In this document: piece after piece, positions 53,025-62,779 of the stretch
Numbering within the stretch: the stretch's first letter is position 1
Layout of the letters: each line of letters begins with the position of its first letter
Source: Bdellovibrionales bacterium
Lineage (GTDB): Bacteria > Bdellovibrionota > Bdellovibrionia > Bdellovibrionales > JAUICD01
Length of the DNA: 64,000 nt
Reading direction: 5' to 3'
Assembly: GCA_965262715.1 (NCBI GenBank)
Contig: OZ253553.1
Coordinates: 1,312,001 to 1,376,000, forward strand
Notes under the pieces: generated by a model
Seen by the model: only the letters and a program-made list of their open reading frames with translations
The model's database searches: none
What the model was told of the DNA's origin: nothing
Made by a program: the position numbers and the translations under genes

Positions 53025-54221
53025 TCAAAATAAAAATCGGATGGAAGGGTACTTAACTTTAGATATATTTTTTGTTAAATGCTTAATTAACTTTAATCCA
53101 TCCTCAACATTTTTTTCATTACAAGATTCAAAGCCATGAGCTAAAACAGATTGATGTCTCATATTGTTAAAAGATTGAAATTCTCTTTTATATTTTATGT
53201 AAATTTGGCCTTCTTTTACTCCTGTTTCATGTAATATCTCATAAGTATCATTTAGAGAAAGACTTACTGTATTACGCAATCTACCTTTAATCTTATTATA
53301 AACATCTGTACTCTTAATGCACTCAAGTTTTCTAAGTAGGACATTGGATGTCTTACAATCAAACCTTTTTTGAAAAGCAATTTGTCCAATATATTCGATA
53401 CTTCTATAAATCCTTAAAACAGCTTCATCATATTCTCCTTGTTCTTTTTTTCTTTGAGCAGCAAGCACAAGATCATTGACTTTATAGCCAGGATTATCAT
53501 CTTTGCACTTTTTCAAATGATTCTCAAAATTTTCTGGAATATCTACTTGAAAGAGTAAATGCAAAAGATTTGCTGTCTCTTTTTGATATTTTTTAATTTC
53601 TGCATAGCTTTGATGATAGTTCATAGAATCCCAAAGATGTAAGGCATTTGCAAGATTTTTGATTTGTCCCAACTCTTTTATATTCTGATGAGAGGAGTTG
53701 TTTTTAGGTATTTCATTATCGAGAATATGAAAGACGAGTTTGTATTGACCTATATTAAATAACTGCTCAACCCTTCTTGCGATGTTAAAAGAATACAAGT
53801 TTGCTGGGTCAATCTTTTGAATAAGTTTTTCATATCCAGGCTTAACTGTTCCTATACCTTCTTTTTGTCTTTCATCGCCTCCAATATAAAGGTATTCTTT
53901 AATATCTTTTCCAAAAAAAGACAGAGCTAATCCAACACTCATACTCTTTGTGCCTCCAGTATAATCTACATAAACTTCCCCTTCTATAAGATAGCGTTTG
54001 GCTTCGTAGCCTACTTGGAAAACTTCATGTAAATCCTCAGAGTTTGTTAAGATAATGATCTTGTCTTTATATTGCTGATCACTTGTAAATTCTCTAACTG
54101 CTTTTATCGTACTTGATGTTTCTTGACTGGCAATAAAAATCACTTTATGAGGCTTAATCATTTCAATAGATTTAACCAAAGGATCAGGTGTTCCACCAAC
54201 TGATAAGATAAGATTTTTCAT
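53025..54221 (-). CDS. CARF-HEPN ancillary ribonuclease (Csm6-like, TIGR02710-type)
   Basis: LSVGGTPDP, VDYTGGTKSMS (CARF); DEAVLRIYRSIE; RHQSVLAHG (HEPN). Confidence 0.88.
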   Translation of the reverse strand: MKNLILSVGGTPDPLVKSIEMIKPHKVIFIASQETSSTIKAVREFTSDQQYKDKIIILTNSEDLHEVFQVGYEAKRYLIEGEVYVDYTGGTKSMSVGLALSFFGKDIKEYLYIGGDERQKEGIGTVKPGYEKLIQKIDPANLYSFNIARRVEQLFNIGQYKLVFHILDNEIPKNNSSHQNIKELGQIKNLANALHLWDSMNYHQSYAEIKKYQKETANLLHLLFQVDIPENFENHLKKCKDDNPGYKVNDLVLAAQRKKEQGEYDEAVLRIYRSIEYIGQIAFQKRFDCKTSNVLLRKLECIKSTDVYNKIKGRLRNTVSLSLNDTYEILHETGVKEGQIYIKYKREFQSFNNMRHQSVLAHGFESCNEKNVEDGLKLIKHLTKNISKVKYPSIRFLF

Positions 54222-54395
54222 TTAAAAAGTGATCCTTTACGTTTTTAGTGATAGAAATACTTTAAATTTTCTTTTAAGTTTCATTGATTCATCGGTTTAT
54301 TTTTATAAGATGTTAAAAAACTTTGAATTTAAAACTTCGTTTGTGAAAGATTCTGAAAAAGAAAGCTTTATATCTAACTATATCAAAGCACATCT

Positions 54396-55282
54396 AAATA
54401 AATAACTTTATACTTTTGACCAAAGGCTGTCTTGATTATCTAAAAAATACCGAAAGTTATGTTGAAAAAAACGAAAATGAAAGTGGCAGAAGTAAGTGGA
54501 AAATCACTAAAAAAAGTCTTAAGTTTTTATCAAAACAAGTTGAAACAAAAAAAGAAAGAGGGAGAATAATGAGAAATCCTTTAAATGGTTTTTTAAAAGA
54601 AGATACTGAAAAACAAAATAAAATCATAGAAGAATATATGCATACTTTTGAAGACAGCAATATGGCTAGCGATTATAAGTCCTATATCAATCACTTTCTG
54701 GCAGAAGCAGGACAAGAGAGAAGAGTTTGGCATCAAGACCATATTATTAACTGCACAAGAAAAAGTAACCAGTCACCAAGTGACGCAGTAATAAAAAGAT
54801 ATAGAGAAGATATAGAGGACTTTGTCTTATTTTACGATTCTTATAAAGAACCTTCTAATAAGATAAAAAAACATGCTTTTAAAAGAGTAAAGCAGGAACG
54901 CAAGTATTTTTAAAAAGCTATGTAAGAAGCAGTCTCAAAAATATTATTACCTTATACAAATCAATACACTTTGCAAAAGCATCAAATTTTTAAACTTTTT
55001 AAGCCTTAAGTTGCTTCGCAATTTTAACTACTGATTTTTTAACCTCATTCAGATTTCCCTTTTTTAAAAGATAAATTAAAGTTAGACTCTAACTGTAGCT
55101 CTAAAATAAGGAGTTACACAAAATATTACAAGCTCCTCATCTTATTGTATATGTATCACTTAAACTAAATAATCTCAATATGTTAGAAGATTTTTTCTGA
55201 TAAGGTCACGGTCTTGATCTTATTTTATAGTAAAATAAGCCTGTTTTCCTATCTATACAAGAAATATCAAAATGAATATCTA
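54396..55282 (+). repeat. Duplicate of the 57252-58394 module: truncated wHTH gene plus downstream gene (54569-54913)
   Basis: Near-identical to 57530-58394; 256 bp missing between tgaccaaaggct direct repeats. Confidence 0.9.
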
Positions 55283-55320
55283 CAAAACAACATAATGTTG
55301 TTGTATAAAGATTTAAGGAT

Positions 55321-55478
55321 AAGATTTGTGGCAAGCTTCTGAAGCAAGTCTAGGCCAGTGCCTCAGAAAACATATCTCGTATAAAATCTTTATTTTATAA
55401 TAAAATCACAAAATAAAAGAAATAGAAAGTGTGGGGGTTGCCTGTTACTTGCTTCAAAAAGCCTTTCACAAACCTCTT
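55321..55478. repeat. Family C copy
   Basis: Arms tttgtg..gcttctgaagcaagt / acttgcttcaaaaagc..cacaaa; inner aggccagtgcct and gggggttgcctg motifs. Confidence 0.7.
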
Positions 55479-55577
55479 AGCACATCTCAAACACAGATCT
55501 GATCTTAGCTTGTGTCATATTCCAAACATGTTTGAATGCAAAACAAAAGCTTGCTATATCGCGTGTATCTTAAAAAA

Positions 55578-55754
55578 CTACTTTCTAAGCTTTTGAAGCT
55601 GCTGGATTGAGAGATTTGTTATCTGAGCAATAAGTTGCAACTCCATATTTTGCTCTAACATTCGCAAAGCGACTTCTGCCCTTTCTTTCTCTATCCCTTT
55701 TTCTATTCCTTTTTCTATCCCTTCATCAATCAATAGATCATAAGTACTTTTCAT
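55578..55754 (-). CDS. Putative internal small Rpn protein (58 aa)
   Basis: In-frame AAGGAGG-N8-ATG inside the Rpn gene giving MKSTYDLLIDEGIEKG... Confidence 0.7.
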   Translation of the reverse strand: MKSTYDLLIDEGIEKGIEKGIEKERAEVALRMLEQNMELQLIAQITNLSIQQLQKLRK

Positions 55755-56246
55755 CAGTTGATCCTCCTTAATTCTAGTAACTTCATTTTCAATCTTTAAA
55801 AATTCCTCTTTTGGGTAATTTGTAGCTTGAAGCATATATCTTCTTAAAATGTCAACATTCTCTTGATAGTTTAGGTCCTTACCATCTTGCCAGCACATCT
55901 CAAACACAGATCTAATCTTAGTTTGTGTCATATTCCAAACATGTTTGAATGCAAAACAAAAGCTTGCTATATCACCAGCTTTATCTTTGATATCTTCGTC
56001 AGACATCTGATTTAAATCTACCACATTTAGCTCAAAATTGAAACTATTAGCACCAAAAATCTCCTTTAACCCTTCTGACCAACCAAAAGCAGACTGTAAA
56101 TCAGAAGACATATTTAAAGGTCTTCTGCCGTGAATTAATAAAATAGTTACAATAGGATAGATATGACTTTCTAAAAGAGCTACATTGTATTTTAAGGCTT
56201 GTAGAAAAATCTTCTTTTGTGGCTCAATATGACTCTTATGCTCAAT

Positions 56247-56393
56247 TGTTTCACTAAAAATAAACTGATCTCTGATCACTTTTGGGCAATCAGCCTGAAG
56301 GTTTGTACCTTCAAGAAAATGCTGACGGCCTCAAAAGCATGTTTATTTTTAGTAAGGAGGATCTCTTTGTTTTTTGACATAATGTTAAGGAAA
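56247..56393. repeat. Family D copy 2 inside the Rpn gene
   Basis: Reverse complement aligns with 37699-37860. Confidence 0.72.
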
Positions 56394-56625
56394 CTTTTTT
56401 AAGCTTTTTTTACTTATTTACAAACTAACAATAAACTCTATTTGATCTCCTGCAATGGCATTGAACTTTTTAGAACCTAATACAAATTTTAAAAGCTTTC
56501 TAAAGCGATCTTTATTTTTAAAAGCCAATTTAAATATTTTATCATGATCAATTTGAAAACCTGTATCTTTAGACATTATATCCCTCTCTTTTATGAATAA
56601 AAAATTAAGATGCAGTTATACTTTT

Positions 56626-56642
56626 AGCAAAAACAATGCCAA
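56626..56642 (-). promoter_or_regulatory. Putative sigma54 promoter of the Rpn gene
   Basis: TTGGCATTGTTTTTGCT (GG-N10-GC) 50 nt upstream of ATG 56576. Confidence 0.6.
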
Positions 56643-56792
56643 CTTTTTATTGGTTAAAAAGTAGTTTTAAAAGACTTTGAAGGAATTATAAGAAATATTT
56701 GTCCTAAGAGTTGGACATTAATGCTTAAAATCCGGACATGAAAGTTTGTTTATTCTTAGCAAAAAGAAAACCGTTTTATTCAAATATATTTA

Positions 56793-57103
56793 CCTGACTT
56801 CGTGATTAAAAATATACACTACATTGATTCTTTTTGCTAGGGTTTGACATTTATCTTAGAAAGTTCTTATATTTTAATAAATTACGCTATTCTTTTAGAA
56901 AATATATTTTTTGAAAAAAAGTTTGTTTTATGTTTGTAGTGTATAAGATATACACTATGAGCTTTATAAGAAAGATTAAAAAGGGAAAAACATAAATTTG
57001 TTAAAACTGTTGTATTGACAAAACATCAAGAGAAAATCTTGAAAACAATAGACCCTAAATTAATTTTAGATGTGTAGTGTATACTTATGACCACAAAGTC
57101 AGG
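56793..57103 (+). mobile_element. 311-bp MITE, internally deleted IS1634-like element
   Basis: TIR cctgacttcgtgatta / tgaccacaaagtcagg; atattta flanking direct repeats; remnants MSFIRKIKR... and ...LTKHQEKILKTIDP. Confidence 0.8.
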
Positions 57104-57369
57104 ATATTTAGTCTTTCGAGGTAATCTCTTGGATTATTCACTTAGACTAGATCAGATGCCTACTATGACCCTCATACATGTTTGTGCAACAAAGCCACTC
57201 TTAATTAAAAGCCTTAAAAAAAATAAGATTATTTCCTAGAAATTGTCCGATAAAATAAATAGCTTTATACTTTTGACCAAAGGCTATAAGAAACTGTTTT
57301 AAAAAGACATGTAAATGATATGTTAATCACTTACATGCTTTTTTACTTATTAAAAAAAGGGATGCAATC

Positions 57370-57681
57370 ATGGAAGTAAAAGAAATGAACAAAATTCTTA
57401 CTCATAAGGGACTGGAATTCATACATCTTTCTATCCTTTGTTTTTTAGAAAACCGTTCTACAGAATGGACTCGTCAATCAGAAATATCAACAGGCATAGG
57501 CCTAGATCAATATGAACATAAAAATTGGATGACCAAAGGCTGTCTTGATTATCTAAAAAATACCGAAGGTTATGTTGAAAAAAACAAAGATGAAAGTAGC
57601 AGCAGTAATTGGAAAATCACTGAAAAAGGTCTTAAGTTTTTATCAAAACAAGTTGAAACAAAAAAAGAAAGGGGAGAATAA
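57370..57681 (+). CDS. Small winged-helix-like protein
   Basis: RQSEISTGIG helix-turn-helix-like segment and WKITEKG wing motif. Confidence 0.6.
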   Translation: MEVKEMNKILTHKGLEFIHLSILCFLENRSTEWTRQSEISTGIGLDQYEHKNWMTKGCLDYLKNTEGYVEKNKDESSSSNWKITEKGLKFLSKQVETKKERGE

Positions 57682-58037
57682 TGAGAAATCCTTTAAATGG
57701 TTTTTTAGAAGAAGATACTGAAAAACAAAATAAAATCATAGAAGAATATATGCGTACTTTTAAAGACAGCAATATGGCTAGCGATTATAAGTCCTATATC
57801 AATCACTTTCTGACAGAAGCAGGACAAGAGAGAAGAGTTTCGCATCAAGACCATATTGAGTGTAAAAAGTCCAAAAAGAATACGCCACCAAGTGATGCAG
57901 TAATAAAAAGATATAGTGAGGATATAGAGGACTTTGTCTTATTTTACGATTCTTATAAAGAACCTTCTAATGAGATAAAAAAACATGCTTTTAAAAGAGT
58001 AAAGCAGGAACGCAGGTATTTTAAAAAAGCTATGTAA
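57681..58037 (+). CDS. Hypothetical 118-aa protein, translationally coupled (TAATG)
   Basis: GGAG RBS; conserved second copy at 54569-54913. Confidence 0.7.
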   Translation: MRNPLNGFLEEDTEKQNKIIEEYMRTFKDSNMASDYKSYINHFLTEAGQERRVSHQDHIECKKSKKNTPPSDAVIKRYSEDIEDFVLFYDSYKEPSNEIKKHAFKRVKQERRYFKKAM

Positions 58038-58464
58038 GAAGCAGTCTCAAAAATATTATTACCTTATACAAATCAATACACTTTGCAAAAGTATCAAATT
58101 TTTAAACTTTTTAAGCCTTAAGTTGTTTCGCAATTTTAACTACTGATTTTTTGACCTCATTCAGATTTCCCTTTTTTAAAAGATAAATTAAAGTTAGGCT
58201 TTAACTGTAGCTCTAAAATAAGGAGTTACACAAAATATTACAAGCTCCTCATCTTATTGTACATGTATCACTTAAACTAAATAATTTCAATATGTTAGAA
58301 GATTTTTTCCGATAAGGTCACGGTCTTGATCTTATTTTATAGTAAGATAAGCCTGTTTTTCTATCTATACAAGAAATATCAAAATGAATATCTATGTAAC
58401 AATACTATAAAATATTCAATTTGAAAAAGCGGTCTATTGGGTAGGTATTTATGCTGTAAAGCTC

Positions 58465-58538
58465 AAAGATAAAAGATAAAAGATAAAAGATAAAAGATAA
58501 AAGATAAAAGATAAAAGATAAAAGATAAAAGATAAAAG
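58465..58538. repeat. 7-bp tandem repeat (aaagata) x10
   Basis: Direct read. Confidence 0.95.
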
Positions 58539-58582
58539 TTTTATGGTTTGTAAGTTCAATTGCAAGTGCAATCTTTTTGGAT

Positions 58583-58921
58583 TCATAAATGCTTTTTCTT
58601 TTGAGACAGAAATTTTAAATACTCCGATGCTGGGAGTAGAAGGCTAATGTCTTTTTTTTGAAAGCTTTCTTTTTTTAATTGATTGTGTAAAATAATGGTC
58701 CAATGTTTAGGATGAGCTCCAAGTTGTTTAGCTGCTTTTTTGGTAAATTCAATAGAAGGAATAAGACGCTCATTTTCAATAGCACTTAATTCTCTTTTAT
58801 GAATTCCAAGTTTTTTGGCCATGACATCTTGTTTTATTTTTTCAGATATTCTTATAGATTTTAACACATTGCCTATCGTTAAAAAACCATATTTTTTTTG
58901 TAGCTCGTCAGATGCTGTCAT
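58583..58921 (-). CDS. XRE-family HTH antitoxin (HigA-like)
   Basis: LKSIRISEKIKQDVMAKKLG...LSAIENER; downstream of toxin; GGAG RBS before ATG 58921. Confidence 0.82.
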   Translation of the reverse strand: MTASDELQKKYGFLTIGNVLKSIRISEKIKQDVMAKKLGIHKRELSAIENERLIPSIEFTKKAAKQLGAHPKHWTIILHNQLKKESFQKKDISLLLPASEYLKFLSQKKKHL

Positions 58922-58922
58922 T

Positions 58923-59213
58923 TTATTTTCTCCTATAATCATGCTTTGCAACTCTATCCACTTCTACTTGAATAAGACTTGTCTCACTATTTTTAGAAAT
59001 TTCATAAATAATTCTATAGTCTCGCCCTAAACAAGCAGATCTCTTACCAATCCACACTCCCTTTAAAGCATGATCTCTATACAATCTTAATCTTTTAGTT
59101 TCTATCCAGCCAACATTTTCAATAGAACTCACCCATTCAATAAATCGTTTCCTAATATGCTGGGGCAATCTGTCTATTTGCTTTCTTACTCTTGAATAAC
59201 CAACCTTATCCAT
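58923..59213 (-). CDS. RelE-superfamily toxin (HigB/YafQ-like)
   Basis: DHALKGVWIGKRSACLGRDYRIIY. Confidence 0.85.
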   Translation of the reverse strand: MDKVGYSRVRKQIDRLPQHIRKRFIEWVSSIENVGWIETKRLRLYRDHALKGVWIGKRSACLGRDYRIIYEISKNSETSLIQVEVDRVAKHDYRRK

Positions 59214-59510
59214 AGTTTATCATACAATGACCTATTATTGAAACTTAAAAATGATCAAAAATCTGAGTTTTTTAGCTCTATTAACTCTTTACAGTTGCCT
59301 TAACTTATAACATATTCCAATCTTTTTCAAAGGATTTTTTGCCTATGCTCACTATTTCTTAAGCCTCTTCTTTGGAAAAGTTATTCTTTTTAAAAGCTCC
59401 CTAAAGCCTATTTTTCAAGAACATGGAATCGCTGCTGATTTTTTGATCTGTAACCAATCTCCAAAAGAAATATTAAAATGAATATCTATGTAACAATACT
59501 ATAAAGAATA

Positions 59511-62500
59511 TCAGATTTGGAAAAGAGGTCTATCTGTATACTCCCTTCTAGGAGCAAAACCTCTACGCATAGTATTTTCCGTTAAAGCAATAGGTTCTAA
59601 AAATTGCAAGAGATAATCAGGCCCACCTGTTTTGCTTCCAACACCAGATTGCTTCAAACCCCCGAAAGGATGACGGTTCACTACGGCTCCTGTAATAGCT
59701 CTATTGATATAAAGATTACCTACCTCTAAATGCTGTTTTACATATTCGATATTTTTAGGACTTCTAGAGTAAATACCTCCTGTTAATCCATAACGTGTTC
59801 CATTAGCAATCTTTACAGCATCAGTCAGATCCTTTGCTTTGATAACAGCAAGTACAGGACCAAAAACTTCATTCTGCGCTAAAAAAGAATCCGGCTTAAC
59901 ATCAGTAAACACTGTCGGTGGTACAAAATAACCACTATGATCATCTTCTGATGCTCGTATTAAATCTTTCATATCTGCTTGATAAGCAGGAGGACTGGGT
60001 GCTTTTTGAATCATTTGATGAATACGCTCAAAAGCTTCCTTATCAATAACAGGACCTAAATAGGCATCAGGATCATCTGCAGGTTTTTGAGAAATATCTT
60101 TTATCCCTTCTATAAGACGTGAAACAAATTTATCATAAATTGAATCAACAACGATAACACGACTACAAGCAGAACATTTTTGTCCTGCAAATCCAAAAGC
60201 AGAATAAATCACTCCAGCAATTGTCTCATCCCAATCAGCACTGTTATCTACAATAATTGCATTTTTACCACCCATTTCTATAATAGATCTTTTAACAGCA
60301 TATTGATCATCAAAGGTATGAGCCGTTTTTTTCACAATACCTAGTCCCACATCCCTTGATCCTGTAAAAGCAATCAAATTAACATCTTTATGACAAACCA
60401 AGTAATCACCAATCTCTTCACCATAACCAGGAAGAAAATTCACAACTCCCTTAGGAAATCCTACCTCTTGAATCATTTTCATCAGTATAGCCGCGACAAT
60501 GGAACTTTGCTCTGCTGGCTTCATAACAACAGTGTTACCTGTCACCACAGCTGCACTGACCATGCCTGTTAAAATAGCTAACGGAAAATTCCACGGAGAA
60601 ATAACAGCAACAACTCCCCTTGGATTGTATTTATAATGAGTGGTCTCCCCAGCAACTCCACCCACCCAATAGCCCTTATCTAACCTCTCCGCATGAATTG
60701 CATAGAAATTGCAAAAATCAATGGCCTCTGCAATATCCGCATCAGCTTCCTGCCAAGGCTTTCCCACTTCTAATACTTGCAAAGTAGCTAAATCATACCT
60801 ATTTTTTGAAATCAACAAGGCTAACTTTTTGACAAGATCAGATCTGTAAGATGCGCTCTTTGCCTTCCAATCAAAAAAAGTATTTCTAGCCTCTTTAATA
60901 GCCATTTCTGCTTCTTTTTGACCTGCAACATAAACCTCACCTAAAGTTTTTCCAGTAGAAGGATTGATGCTTAATAATTTTTTATCCGTTTTGATATTCT
61001 TGTTTCCAATCACAATTGGATAAGGATGTCTTTTTAGCTTTCTCTGACGATCTAAAGCCTCTTGAAACTTGATTCTATGAACCTCTAACGAAAAATCTAA
61101 TAAAGACTCATTCATAAAAGTAGTAGAATCTTGTTTGTCACTATTTTTTGATACCTGTGAAGATTCATCTTTTAAAGATTTGTCTTGAATGCTTTCTAAA
61201 GGATCTACAAGCAGATCTTTTGACAAATTTTGAGAGTCAAGTTGCATCAACTGTAAAAAAGATTCATTAGCAGAATTTTCCAATAATCTTCTTACAAGAT
61301 AAGCCATTCCTGGTATCAATTTTCCCACAGGAACATATTCCCTCATTCGCATCCCCATTTGCACCAATGCGCTTTTTAAGGGTTCTGCCATTCCAAATAA
61401 CATCTGAAACTCAATGTCAGATAAATTATTGTTTTGCGCATAAATAAGGCTTGAAGCAATCGAACGTATATTATGAGAACCAATAGCTATCTTGATATCC
61501 TGTTGATGATCTATCAGAAGTTTTACACAGCGTTCAAAGTTAATATCTGTTTCTCGCTTTTGTAAATAGACAGGGCAAGGCCACTTTTCTTGTTCTGCCA
61601 CAATCACCTCATAGTCCCAATACGCTCCTTTGACAACACGAATGGTAAAAGGCACACCTCGCCTTCGAGCAATCTTAATAAGCTGTGTAATATCTTCATA
61701 AGAGTCTCTAAGATAAGTCTGAGTAACTATACCAAAATGAGGATAATCTTTAAATTCAGGTTCCATCACCAGTTCTTTAAAAACCTCTAAAGTCAAATTT
61801 TTGATATGATAGTGTTCCACATCCATATTCACAAAAACATTTTTTTCCTTAGCTATTTGAAGAATACGTCTTAACCGCGCTTTTAAAATAGACTTTGTGT
61901 GCTCCCAAGCTGTTAGCTTGATCTGTGAATAAATAGCACTTAGTCGAACAGAAATATTCACTTTTGGATATGCCCTATCAATATCTATTTGCTGATCATA
62001 ATCCCAAGATTCAGAAGCTAAAGATAGCTGATGAATCAACTCAATACATCTATCTTGATAGTCTAAAGCTTCTTTTTCATTCAATGTTTCCTCACTTAAA
62101 AGATTGATAGAAAAAGTCATTTTTTTTAAACGAGATTTTGCCATCTGAGGCAAGATATTCTTCATTATCTCACCTGCAATAAAAGTCTTAGCAATTTGTG
62201 TGATGTTTTTACGTATCACTTTTGCCATAAGAAAAGGAGCAAATGATCCTACTCCAACTCCAAAATTAAAAATAGATGGCAAATTACCACCTTTTTCTAA
62301 AAGATACTCTTTAAAGTAACTTACCACTTCAGTGTCTGTGGTTAAAACAGGCAGTACATCAATAAAACGAAACATTTTGGTTTTAAAGCTCTCATTTTTC
62401 ATGCTCCACTGCATAATGCGATCATACCACCAGTCTTTATCTAAGACAGATGTACTTTGAGACTGCATCAACTTAAAAACTTCAGATCCTTTTTCTTCCA

Positions 62501-62534
62501 CTTGTTTTTGAAAATCCATATCACTTAACCTCAC
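59511..62534 (-). CDS. putA: Bifunctional proline dehydrogenase / P5C dehydrogenase (start probably ATG 62519)
   Basis: IRVVKGAYWDYE, YLVRRLLENSANESF, ISPWNFPLAI, EMGGKN, GQKCSAC. Confidence 0.96.
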   Translation of the reverse strand: MRLSDMDFQKQVEEKGSEVFKLMQSQSTSVLDKDWWYDRIMQWSMKNESFKTKMFRFIDVLPVLTTDTEVVSYFKEYLLEKGGNLPSIFNFGVGVGSFAPFLMAKVIRKNITQIAKTFIAGEIMKNILPQMAKSRLKKMTFSINLLSEETLNEKEALDYQDRCIELIHQLSLASESWDYDQQIDIDRAYPKVNISVRLSAIYSQIKLTAWEHTKSILKARLRRILQIAKEKNVFVNMDVEHYHIKNLTLEVFKELVMEPEFKDYPHFGIVTQTYLRDSYEDITQLIKIARRRGVPFTIRVVKGAYWDYEVIVAEQEKWPCPVYLQKRETDINFERCVKLLIDHQQDIKIAIGSHNIRSIASSLIYAQNNNLSDIEFQMLFGMAEPLKSALVQMGMRMREYVPVGKLIPGMAYLVRRLLENSANESFLQLMQLDSQNLSKDLLVDPLESIQDKSLKDESSQVSKNSDKQDSTTFMNESLLDFSLEVHRIKFQEALDRQRKLKRHPYPIVIGNKNIKTDKKLLSINPSTGKTLGEVYVAGQKEAEMAIKEARNTFFDWKAKSASYRSDLVKKLALLISKNRYDLATLQVLEVGKPWQEADADIAEAIDFCNFYAIHAERLDKGYWVGGVAGETTHYKYNPRGVVAVISPWNFPLAILTGMVSAAVVTGNTVVMKPAEQSSIVAAILMKMIQEVGFPKGVVNFLPGYGEEIGDYLVCHKDVNLIAFTGSRDVGLGIVKKTAHTFDDQYAVKRSIIEMGGKNAIIVDNSADWDETIAGVIYSAFGFAGQKCSACSRVIVVDSIYDKFVSRLIEGIKDISQKPADDPDAYLGPVIDKEAFERIHQMIQKAPSPPAYQADMKDLIRASEDDHSGYFVPPTVFTDVKPDSFLAQNEVFGPVLAVIKAKDLTDAVKIANGTRYGLTGGIYSRSPKNIEYVKQHLEVGNLYINRAITGAVVNRHPFGGLKQSGVGSKTGGPDYLLQFLEPIALTENTMRRGFAPRREYTDRPLFQI

Positions 62535-62779
62535 AATATAAGATTTATTATCGACATTTTTTTAATACAAAACTATAAGATACACCAATAAACGTAACCT
62601 GTAAAATAATGATATAATAGAGTAGGTTTAAAAAAGCATCAATTTTCTTATATAATAACGTCAAATAGTCTTGCCCTACGAACATCAATCTTGACAGCCT
62701 CACTTATTAATAGATATCCCGCTTCGAATGGCAGTCGAAATCTTAATACATCTACTCCTAAAATGAAAAGAGACAAAAA

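Larger units (their letters stand above)
55578..56576 (-). pseudogene. Rpn/YhgA-like PD-(D/E)XK family gene disrupted by a family D element
   Basis: HDKIFKLAF at N-terminus, IEHKS, YPIVTILLIHG, C-terminal EGIEKGIEKG repeats; stops and an insert at 56247-56420. Confidence 0.85.

Noticed and set aside
54416..54913. 165-aa ORF as a genuine fusion protein
   Set aside because: Its start is created by the deletion junction (TTG, no RBS) and the fusion depends on one extra base relative to the intact copy
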